From an uncultured Hyphomonadaceae bacterium (GTDB lineage: Bacteria; Pseudomonadota; Alphaproteobacteria; Caulobacterales; Hyphomonadaceae): a stretch of DNA of 46,064 nt. Below the pieces are notes generated by a model that was not told where the DNA came from, made no database searches, and was given only the letters and a program-made list of their open reading frames with translations. Below are positions 29,136 to 37,100 of the stretch, in pieces (positions within the stretch are counted from its first letter, which is position 1; each line of letters opens with the position of its first letter). The DNA is taken from NCBI GenBank assembly GCA_913056435.1, contig CAJXMY010000001.1:1-46064 (forward strand), in the 5' to 3' direction. The position numbers were made by a program, and so were the translations under genes.

Positions 29136-29924
29136 ATGCTGTCTTATCAACATGGTTATCATGCCGGCAATCGAGCGGATGTCCTGAAGCACGCTGTGTT
29201 GCATGCCGTGTTGAGCCAACAGGCCCGTCAGGGAACTCCTGTGCTGTATGTGGAAACCCATGCCGCCAGAGGGCGCTACGACCTCAGGGGCGATCAGGCT
29301 CTCAAAACGGGGGAAGCGAAAGACGGCGTGCTGGCGTTTCCTCCACCGCCGCAGGCGCCAAAAGCGCTTCAAGCATGGCTGAAACAGATCAGGACAGACC
29401 TGCCACATCATTATCCTGGATCTCCTGCCCTGGCGGTGTCGCTGCTTGGCCTCCAAAGTCGTTTCGTTTTTTTCGAGCGTCACAAGCAGGAATTTACCGC
29501 CCTGGAAAAGGCCCTGCTGCCGGATGACCGAGTTCAGACCCTGCAGCAGGATGGCTATCGCGGGGCGCTTCGCCTGCAGCCGCGAAACCGCGAGAGCATG
29601 CTTCTCCTGATCGACCCGAGCTATGAAACGATAAGCGATATGGAGCACCTTGCAGCGTGGGTGCCTCGCGCCCTGCGCAAATGGCCCCAAGCCAAGCTGT
29701 TGATCTGGCTGCCCCTGTTCGCCGACGGGCGAGAAGAAGAGCTGGGCGCTTTCCTGGGCAGTCTGGACGAGGGCTTTATCGCCGGCACCCGCTGGTCCCG
29801 CGCAGAGACCGACCCAAGCGCACTGGAAGGGTCCGCTATGATTGGGCTGCGTATTGGCGGTGCCGCGGCCAGGCAATCTTTTGCCATTGCGGCTCAACTC
29901 GATGCGTGGTGGGGAACACCCTGA
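29136..29924 (+). CDS. rlmJ: 23S rRNA (adenine2030-N6)-methyltransferase
   Basis: MLSYQHGYHAGNRADVLKH, YVETHA, YPGSP and LIDPSYE motifs. Confidence 0.93.
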   Translation: MLSYQHGYHAGNRADVLKHAVLHAVLSQQARQGTPVLYVETHAARGRYDLRGDQALKTGEAKDGVLAFPPPPQAPKALQAWLKQIRTDLPHHYPGSPALAVSLLGLQSRFVFFERHKQEFTALEKALLPDDRVQTLQQDGYRGALRLQPRNRESMLLLIDPSYETISDMEHLAAWVPRALRKWPQAKLLIWLPLFADGREEELGAFLGSLDEGFIAGTRWSRAETDPSALEGSAMIGLRIGGAAARQSFAIAAQLDAWWGTP

Positions 29925-29927
29925 AAA

Positions 29928-31640
29928 TCACGCTGCTTCCTCATCTGCCTTCGCTCCCGGGATGGGACGATCGCCGAGCTGATTCATGCAGGCCGTTTTC
30001 GGCAGGACAACGGTCGCCGTGGTCCCGACGCCCAGTCGGCTCTTCAGGACGACGTCGCCATTGTGAAGGCGGGCCAAATGGCGACACAGCGTAAGCCCGA
30101 GGCCTGTCCCACCATATTCGACCCATCCCGGTCGGTCGATTTGATAGAAGGCCTCAAAGACCTGCTCAAGCTCAGACTCTGGGATCCCTGCTCCAAAATC
30201 TCGGATAGAGATAAACGGATGTCCCTCGCGGCTCCTCGCGACCCGCACTATGATCCTCGGGTCCTCTCCACGGTTCCGGATGGCGTTGCTGAGGAGATTC
30301 ATGACAATGCGCCGGCAGACGGCTTCATCAACCCGCAGGCTGGAAAGCTCTGGTGCGATCTGAATATCGAAATCCCTGGTAGATCCCAGCTGGGCAAAGC
30401 TAGCGGCCAGACTCACCGTCCGGTCCAGAAGATCGTGAACATCCACCGGAGCTGGATCCAGTAAGAACTTGTCCAGCCCAAGCTTGGAATAATCGATAAT
30501 ATCATCAATGAGGTTCAGCAGGTGCGCACTGCTCTGCTTGATGCTGTCAGAATACTCAGCCACGTCCGCCCGGCTCAGTTCTACGCGAGAGTCGCTCGCC
30601 ATGAGACGTGAAAAACCGAGTATAATATTCAACGGCGACCGTAATTCATGACTCATCGTGGACAGGAACCGGCTTTTGGCCGCGTCGGCCTCCTCAGCCT
30701 CCTTGCGGGCTTCCACGAGTTCGCGTTCCCGCATCTTCAGGTCTGTGACATCGGTATGGACCACCACGTAGCCGTGATCCGGTGTCGGATACCGGGCCTG
30801 CATCAGCCAACGTCCGCTTTGTTTAATCGTCACCGACCCGAACGTCATACTCTCCGAGTCGGGTTGCCGGATTTCATCCCCAATCAGCTGGATGTGTTTC
30901 GAATTCGCCAGGATGCGCCGGTCATTCTTATCAAAGAAGGCAAAAGCGTCGCGGGTGGACTCAATCGCATCAAGCATTTGCTGCCGCGCGGTCTCGGCCT
31001 CAACTTCCCTGCGGATCATTTCCCGGACATGGTGAGCGTTTCGCGTGGCGCCCACCACGACAGCGAAAATCAGCGCTGTCGTCAGAACGCTGATGGAAAC
31101 GGAATAGGGAGACGTGCCCAAAGCGTTCGCGAGGAACAAGGGCGGAATCGCGCCGAACAGGAAGCGAACCGAAATCCGGCAGACCGGCCCAAGAATGGCG
31201 ACCGTGCCTGCACTCATTCCCGCAATCACAAAATTCAAGAACAGGTTCGAGAGGTGGCTCGGATCATCAAAAACAAAGGGTAGGACACCCCACAAAGCGC
31301 CTAGGAAAATCGCGCTGCGTTCGGCTTTGCGGAGCAGCTTGCCGGAGACTTTGTCGGGCGTGCGGCCCCGATTGAGACGACGGCCAGCAAGGAGCTGCAC
31401 GCCGCAAAAACCACAGATCAGAGTGTACCACAAGACGATCCGCCAAAATTCGACGACAGCAAGATAGGACAGGGCAACCGCCGTGGCATTGGCAAAATTG
31501 ACCAAAGCCATGGGGATCATCAGACGAACGAACTGGGTCTGCATCTCGCGCAACATTTTCGCATCGACAAGGGTCGATGCGGGCTGCAGCGGCATCAGCA
31601 GATCACGAAGGCTCTGAAGGGTGGAGAATTTCGCCTGCAT
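29928..31640 (-). CDS. Orphan membrane sensor histidine kinase (multi-TM + PAS-like + HisKA + HATPase)
   Basis: About six hydrophobic segments; PAS-like DAFAFFDKNDR...HTDVT; H-box FLSTMSHELRSPL; NLLSNA, DFGAGI and GGTGLGL boxes. Confidence 0.92.
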   Translation of the reverse strand: MQAKFSTLQSLRDLLMPLQPASTLVDAKMLREMQTQFVRLMIPMALVNFANATAVALSYLAVVEFWRIVLWYTLICGFCGVQLLAGRRLNRGRTPDKVSGKLLRKAERSAIFLGALWGVLPFVFDDPSHLSNLFLNFVIAGMSAGTVAILGPVCRISVRFLFGAIPPLFLANALGTSPYSVSISVLTTALIFAVVVGATRNAHHVREMIRREVEAETARQQMLDAIESTRDAFAFFDKNDRRILANSKHIQLIGDEIRQPDSESMTFGSVTIKQSGRWLMQARYPTPDHGYVVVHTDVTDLKMRERELVEARKEAEEADAAKSRFLSTMSHELRSPLNIILGFSRLMASDSRVELSRADVAEYSDSIKQSSAHLLNLIDDIIDYSKLGLDKFLLDPAPVDVHDLLDRTVSLAASFAQLGSTRDFDIQIAPELSSLRVDEAVCRRIVMNLLSNAIRNRGEDPRIIVRVARSREGHPFISIRDFGAGIPESELEQVFEAFYQIDRPGWVEYGGTGLGLTLCRHLARLHNGDVVLKSRLGVGTTATVVLPKTACMNQLGDRPIPGAKADEEAA

Positions 31641-31772
31641 CAAAAACCGTTAACACGAATCGGTTAATCAGACGGGCAGGACAAAGCGCAGACTTTTTAG
31701 CGTGACGGCAACCTTGTGTTAACCCTTTGAACACTTGGGTCATTCTGGCGACGAGAGGCAGTTCAGGCGGCC

Positions 31773-33053
31773 ATGATGAAGATCCGGATCGGAATTGTTG
31801 GAGGCGGTGCCGCCGGCCTCAGCCTCGCGCGGTTCCTGTCGGAGGACCCGGCCCTCGCGGTGACCGTTTTCGAAGCAAGCCCGGAACCTGGAGGGAAATC
31901 CCATACCCTTGAGCGGGGGGCAACCCGGGTGGAAATGGGCACCTGCTATACAACCACGGGGCACAAAACGGTCCTGCGCTGGATGCGCGAACTCGGAATT
32001 GGGCTGCGTCCGGTTCTGCAAATCAAATTCGACGGGGCCAAGTTCGAGGATTTCGTCAAGGCAGGTGACGGGCCGCCGACCAGCGTTCAGATCCTGACCT
32101 ACCTGATCCGCCGAAGAGCCGTGCTAAAAGCCCTGGAGGCCGAGTCACCCGAGCCATGGGCCTTGGAGGAGGCTGCCATGCCAATCTCCGCCTGGCTGGA
32201 CAAGTACCGCCTGCCCAAGATCTTTCGCCTGTTCCTGCGCGGCTTCACCAATATGGGATACGGCTTTCTGGACACCTCCCCCACCCTGCATGTGCTGCGC
32301 TGGATGGACTGGCACCTGATCTGGTCGGGTCTGCGCAAGAAGCTGCAAATGCCCCGGCAGGGCTGGAGCGAATTCTGGCGCCGCCTCGCCGCGGACCTCG
32401 ATGTCCGCCTGAACATGCCGGTCAGCGCCATAGAGCGCCAGGACGGCCAGGCGGTGATCACCACGGCAGACCAGTCGCGCCATGTCTTCGATCATATTGT
32501 GTGCGCCATTCCGATTGATGATTTCAACCGCCTGACAACGCCAACGCCGGATGAGGCCCAAGTCGCCGGGGCCATTCGCTGGAACAGCTACACCACAACC
32601 CTGTTTGCAACCGATGAGTGGTTTACAGACCACCATATTCAGAGCTTCAGTTCCGCCCTGATCCCGGGCGCCCCCATCGGCCGGATCCTGTCGGCACGCT
32701 ATGATGGCCATGCCCCGGACCTCGGCGGCCATATCTACCTTTCCGGGCAGTTTTCTGGCGCCTATAATCCGGATGAGATGAAGGAATTGCTGGTCAAGGA
32801 CATGCAGGACCGCGGTGTGACAGTGACCAATATCATCTACCAGAAAACGTGGAAGTACCATGCCGAGTACGCCCCTGATGCGATCCGGGGGGGCCTTGTC
32901 GGCCAGCTCCGTGACATGCAGGGGGACCAGCAGACCTGGTATACGGGCGCGACTTTCTCACATGAATCGATCAACCATATCGTGAATTTCAATGAGCGCC
33001 TGGCCCGTCGGATGTTGCAGGCCATGCCGCCGCCGCACACGCTCGCCGCATGA
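31773..33053 (+). CDS. FAD-dependent oxidoreductase, polyunsaturated fatty acid isomerase (PAI)-like
   Basis: IGIVGGGAAGL, GGKSHT...VEMGT and C-terminal WKY...MQGDQQTWYTGATFSHE; 426 aa. Length and motifs parallel Cutibacterium (Propionibacterium) acnes PAI as I recall it. Confidence 0.75.
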   Translation: MMKIRIGIVGGGAAGLSLARFLSEDPALAVTVFEASPEPGGKSHTLERGATRVEMGTCYTTTGHKTVLRWMRELGIGLRPVLQIKFDGAKFEDFVKAGDGPPTSVQILTYLIRRRAVLKALEAESPEPWALEEAAMPISAWLDKYRLPKIFRLFLRGFTNMGYGFLDTSPTLHVLRWMDWHLIWSGLRKKLQMPRQGWSEFWRRLAADLDVRLNMPVSAIERQDGQAVITTADQSRHVFDHIVCAIPIDDFNRLTTPTPDEAQVAGAIRWNSYTTTLFATDEWFTDHHIQSFSSALIPGAPIGRILSARYDGHAPDLGGHIYLSGQFSGAYNPDEMKELLVKDMQDRGVTVTNIIYQKTWKYHAEYAPDAIRGGLVGQLRDMQGDQQTWYTGATFSHESINHIVNFNERLARRMLQAMPPPHTLAA

Positions 33054-33586
33054 ATCTGTTCTTTCGCCTGCTGGTCGTCTATGTGCGGGCGCTCCTGTCC
33101 CGAGACAGACTGGACATGCTCGACGCCTCCCGCCTGCGCTATCAGGTCTGGCTGACCGACCAGGATATGTTCGCGCACATGACCAATAGCCGCTATATGT
33201 CGTTCGGCGATCTGGGCACCATCAATTACATCCTGCGCGCCGGCTTCTGGCCCGTTCTGAGGCGGCGCGGCTGGTTCCCGGTGATTTGTGCCCAGCAGGT
33301 TGTCATCACCCGCATGTTACGAACGCCCCAGAAATTCGACCTCGTGACCCGCATTGTCGGCTGGGATGAGACTTATGTGGCCATTGAGCACACCTATGAA
33401 CGCCAGGAGGTCGTCCATGCCCGTCTTCGGGTCATTGCGCGCTTTGCCAGCCAGGATCGGACTGCCGTACTGACCGATGACGTCATGCGCGCCATGGCGT
33501 TCGACCACCAAAGCCCGCCCCTGCCAGCCCCCTTTCAGCAGCTGATCGCCGATATCCGGGCCAGTCGGGCCCAGGACAAACCCTAG
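33050..33586 (+). CDS. Hotdog-fold acyl-CoA/ACP thioesterase (4HBT/THEM6-like)
   Basis: MNLFFRLL start and VWLTDQDMFAHMTNSRY motif; ATGA overlap with the oxidoreductase. Confidence 0.85.
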   Translation: MNLFFRLLVVYVRALLSRDRLDMLDASRLRYQVWLTDQDMFAHMTNSRYMSFGDLGTINYILRAGFWPVLRRRGWFPVICAQQVVITRMLRTPQKFDLVTRIVGWDETYVAIEHTYERQEVVHARLRVIARFASQDRTAVLTDDVMRAMAFDHQSPPLPAPFQQLIADIRASRAQDKP

Positions 33587-33641
33587 CCCCGCCAAAACGA
33601 CTCACGCAACGGGGCCGATCTGGCTTGCATTGGCGCCCACT

Positions 33642-33678
33642 TCGAGTCAAATTCTACTTATGGTAGAATTTGACTCGA
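33642..33678. repeat. Perfect 16-bp inverted repeat (possible operator or hairpin)
   Basis: TCGAGTCAAATTCTAC-ttatg-GTAGAATTTGACTCGA. Confidence 0.9.
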
Positions 33679-33923
33679 CTTCGTCTTATGCGTGCTTCAC
33701 TGAGAGAGTCGGTTTTCAACTGGACGCGCTGCCCAAGGCTCTGGGCATTCTCCGGGAATTCAGTGCGGCCACAGATGGAGCGGTCAAGGATGCGTTCCTG
33801 AGGGCAGAAGTATGGGTGGCCCTCGATGAATGTGAGGAGGCTGTCGCTGTGCTGAGGGCGCTCCATGAAGCTGCGTCACAGGACAAAGGGCCACCAGCAC
33901 CGACCACTCCCTCAGCCGGTTAG
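33660..33923 (+). CDS. Hypothetical small helical protein, probably leaderless
   Basis: 87-aa ORF filling the gap between the thioesterase and GNAT genes; TTGCAT-N17-CAAATT ends 6 nt before the ATG; no SD. Confidence 0.45.
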   Translation: MVEFDSTSSYACFTERVGFQLDALPKALGILREFSAATDGAVKDAFLRAEVWVALDECEEAVAVLRALHEAASQDKGPPAPTTPSAG

Positions 33924-34520
33924 GGCCTTCATCCAGACCTGCATCGGCTTGGACGTGTCCTCTGCCGCGCCGACATCCCGCCAGGAAAAATGCGCGATCA
34001 GACCCGGCATGGGCCGGTATCCCCGTCGCCTCCAGAACTCATCGAGGGGCGTATAGCCTGCGGGACACGCCGGATGATCCGGCGGACGGCACACGGCACA
34101 AAAGCTCACCCGGCGATATCCCTGTTCCCGCGCCCATGCCTCTCTCAGATCAAAGAAACGATGCCCGACCCCCGTGCCCCGCCAGGCCGGCTCAAGGACC
34201 GACTCCCCAAAGTAAAACGTGGTTTCAAGATCAATACCGGCCGCCTCCAAGGGGGCGGAGAACTCTTCATGGTGCCCCTTAAGAGCGGATCCGGTGGCGC
34301 AGCCTACCAGACTGTCGCCGGAAAAAGCGCCAATGATCACCGCATCCGCCGCCTCTGCGAAGTGCTGGAGGTAGGACCGCTCATATTCAAGGTCCCCCTC
34401 ATACAGATATGGAAAAGCGCGAAACACCGAGATCCGCAAACGGGCCAGATCCCCCAGCCGGGCGTCCAGAGCCGCCCCGGTCAGGCGGCGTAAATCCAGA
34501 GGCGTTGTTGCCTTGACCAT
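33912..34520 (-). CDS. GNAT family N-acetyltransferase
   Basis: LRISVFRAFPYLYEG, YFGESVL..WRGTGVG (motif A) and FWRRRGY; start at 34520 or 34541. Confidence 0.9.
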   Translation of the reverse strand: MVKATTPLDLRRLTGAALDARLGDLARLRISVFRAFPYLYEGDLEYERSYLQHFAEAADAVIIGAFSGDSLVGCATGSALKGHHEEFSAPLEAAGIDLETTFYFGESVLEPAWRGTGVGHRFFDLREAWAREQGYRRVSFCAVCRPPDHPACPAGYTPLDEFWRRRGYRPMPGLIAHFSWRDVGAAEDTSKPMQVWMKALTG

Positions 34521-34607
34521 CCCGCCAGTCTGCCACCGCACGGTTGTCCCGCCAAGGTCCCGCGCAAAATGGCCCCCCGAGACCCAAAAGCCCGCCAGAC
34601 CATGGTC

Positions 34608-34643
34608 CGGCGGGCTCGTCTCGTTCGGGCGATGAGCTCGCCG
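34608..34643. terminator. GC-rich hairpin immediately after the stop of the secreted-protein gene
   Basis: CGGCGGGCTCGTC-N10-GATGAGCTCGCCG; no U-tract. Confidence 0.45.
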
Positions 34644-35474
34644 TCAGCTGTCCGACCATCTGAGCACATAGGCCGTGCTGTAGGAGGGCTCGGTGCAGGT
34701 CGCAATCTCATCAAAAGTGGCCTGCACATCCCCGCCGGTTTCCGCCCACGCGGCGCCACCTGCAGCCGCACCGTCCGCGGTCTGATGAATATTCTTCCAG
34801 AGATAATCGAACTGGTCCGTTTCGAAGTCTGGAACCTCGATCGCAAAGGCGTAACCGGTCTCCATACCCTCCAGACTGGCGAGCCACGGGACATAGCTGC
34901 CGGAGATGGCCGCTGAGAGCTCTTCCCATCCTTGCCCGTCATTGAAGCTGCAGAACAGCGCCCCGACCGCATAGGGCGTCTGGTCCGGCCCGACAGAGGG
35001 GCTCATCGCCGGTGTCGGCAGCTCACCCGGGTCAAACCGGTAGAACCCATAGGCATTGTCACCATAGGTCTCCCCAACGGGCTCGATCACGCCGGGGTGC
35101 GCACTTGCCAGACGGTCCTCCGTCCCGGCCTCGGCATACCGCGCCCAGGCCTCGTTGCGAGCGGCCTTATTCGGGAAGGCATTGACCCAGAGTCCGTCCC
35201 AGTTGTCATTCTCCTGCGTTGGCAGATAGGCAAAGGCACTAATGGAACTGCCCTGGGCATCCATCTCGCCATTCCAGTCCGCGACAAAACCCGAAAAGGT
35301 TTCTGGTGAATTGTTTTCACCCGCATTCACCCAGACATATTCAATATAGCCCCCATAATTCTCGAGGCTTTCCGGAGACATCTCGGCCTCCTCGTGATGC
35401 CCTGCCGCGGCCGTCAGGGCCAAGCCAACCGCCGCCGCTGTGCTGGCCATCAGGCGTGCTGTAAAGTGTGTCAT
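34644..35474 (-). CDS. Secreted acidic protein with two internally repeated alpha/beta domains
   Basis: Sec signal ending in AAA; internal duplication (SAFAYLPTQENDNWDGLWVN versus YAFAIEVPDFETDQFDYLWKN). Confidence 0.8.
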   Translation of the reverse strand: MTHFTARLMASTAAAVGLALTAAAGHHEEAEMSPESLENYGGYIEYVWVNAGENNSPETFSGFVADWNGEMDAQGSSISAFAYLPTQENDNWDGLWVNAFPNKAARNEAWARYAEAGTEDRLASAHPGVIEPVGETYGDNAYGFYRFDPGELPTPAMSPSVGPDQTPYAVGALFCSFNDGQGWEELSAAISGSYVPWLASLEGMETGYAFAIEVPDFETDQFDYLWKNIHQTADGAAAGGAAWAETGGDVQATFDEIATCTEPSYSTAYVLRWSDS

Positions 35475-35759
35475 GTTTTCCCCCATTCTGAAGATCCAAA
35501 GATGTACTCTTACGCATCAAAAGACATGGCATGAGTGATGTCATTTATTATCAACGTCAAGCAGACACACGGGTTCTGTTTTAAAATATTAGACGCAGTA
35601 TAGATTTCATCAGATTTTTTCTTTTAAGATCCGATCATTACAGATTCGATTGAGATTATAAATTTTTCATGACAGAGCCCGGGGACCGGACAGAACGCCA
35701 GATGTCGTCAGGCAGCTTCGAGGTGAGGTGAGCGAGGTCTCAGGGCCCCACGCGCCGGG

Positions 35760-36149
35760 TCAGGCGGCGTCCCGCTCAGCCTGATCAACCACATCAAGCG
35801 GCAGCCGGAATCCCCCGCGCTCGACAACCCAGGTCTGGACCACATCGTCGAGGCGCAGATCGCGATACAGGTGGGGAAACAAGCCTGGTCGCCCCCCCGC
35901 TGGAACAGGTGCTTCCCAGTGCAGGTCAGCTGACAGGCTGTCCGGACAGATCTCGACCAGGACGACACGCGCTGCATCACCAAAGTATCGCTGAAGGGTG
36001 CCCGCCAGTTGGGTGGCGCCGGACAGGTGAACAAATCCGTCCGCCTCATCGAGCGGGGTTTTCAATGACCGCGACTGTTGGGCCTCGTCCCATTCCTGGG
36101 GGGTCAGGATCTTGTAGACCGGGGAGCAAGGGGAGGAGGATGGCGCCAT
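35760..36149 (-). CDS. DUF952 family protein
   Basis: VYKI...W, DGFVHLS, LHWE and FPHLY motifs. Confidence 0.9.
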   Translation of the reverse strand: MAPSSSPCSPVYKILTPQEWDEAQQSRSLKTPLDEADGFVHLSGATQLAGTLQRYFGDAARVVLVEICPDSLSADLHWEAPVPAGGRPGLFPHLYRDLRLDDVVQTWVVERGGFRLPLDVVDQAERDAA

Positions 36150-36200
36150 GCCTGACCTTGGACCAGCTCATACGCCGAAAGTAAATGGAAAAACCACCCC

Positions 36201-36602
36201 TCAGATCGCGGTGTCGTCCGCGACCTCGTCCTGACCGCCAACCGCCCCGTCCCCAAGTGCGATTTCGATCTGTTCATGCAGTTTCAGGAGGTGGCCTTTC
36301 TCGGCCTTGACGAGGGATCCGATATCCCCGGTCTCCAGACGCGCCTCGATCTCTTTGACAATGTCCTGCTTGAACAGGATCCGCTCGCCAGTCTTGGTCA
36401 GCTCCCGGCGCCGCGTATAGGGCAGGCCCAGATCTCGGGCCTTCGCCGACAGCTGCCGGGCGGTCACTCCAGCTCGCCGGAACATGTCCATCCGGGCCAG
36501 CTCACAGCAGATGAAGTAATTGAGCGGCCCCTGCTGGGCCCGGGTCACCAACATATCAATCATGGCCGGGCTGTACTTGGGCGTGCGTCCTTTGCTTTCC
36601 AT
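36201..36602 (-). CDS. Hypothetical protein, possibly phage-derived and DNA-binding
   Basis: 133 aa with host-like codon usage and a GGGGA SD; basic helical core (LSAKARDLGLPYTRRRELTKTGE...SLVKAEK). Confidence 0.72.
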   Translation of the reverse strand: MESKGRTPKYSPAMIDMLVTRAQQGPLNYFICCELARMDMFRRAGVTARQLSAKARDLGLPYTRRRELTKTGERILFKQDIVKEIEARLETGDIGSLVKAEKGHLLKLHEQIEIALGDGAVGGQDEVADDTAI

Positions 36603-36931
36603 GGTCCCCGTTTAACTTTAATTCCTGAAATGAATATATTTTCACTACGAAGAATATTTTCACTCTCCGAACAGGTAGCTAGGATTGCAAGAATCATTTT
36701 TGGCCTTTGGGAAAAATCACCCCGTATTCGCCCCAAAAAAAAAGATCAAAATCCGCACGTTAACGGGGGTTTTCGACCTGAAGTTGTAACGTGTGTAGCC
36801 CATGCGACCGGCCTGTCCCCCCGGTCTCCCGGATCACGAATCGACGTGTCGTATCCTAAACAGTAAGACAAGCGGCCCGGCGGGGCGCGGCCTGCGCCTT
36901 TGCGGTCGTTAACGACATTTGGCTGGGTGTC

Positions 36932-37007
36932 TGGTGGGCGGTAACGGGCTCGAACCGCTGACCCTCTCGGTGTAAACGAGATGCTCTACCAACTGAGCTA
37001 ACCGCCC
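36932..37007 (-). tRNA. tRNA-Val(TAC)
   Basis: GGGCGGTTAGCTCAGTTGGTAGAGCATCTCGTTTACACCGAGAGGGTCAGCGGTTCGAGCCCGTTACCGCCCACCA: 76-nt cloverleaf with encoded CCA. Confidence 0.98.
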
Positions 37008-37100
37008 TGACGCGCCCCATTTGGGCCACTCTGCGCCGAAAAGCAAGATGGGACCTGACACAAATCTGCAGCACGCCCCAATCACCCTGCCCGATCTGGC

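Noticed and set aside
33650-33670. TCTAC-loop-GTAGA stem resembling the Cas12a repeat handle
   Set aside because: Single copy, no spacers and no cas genes; it is part of a longer perfect inverted repeat.
35076-35086. 11-bp match (AACGGGCTCGA) to the tRNA-Val 3' half, suggesting an att site
   Set aside because: Short enough to occur by chance, inside a coding sequence, and no integrase is nearby.
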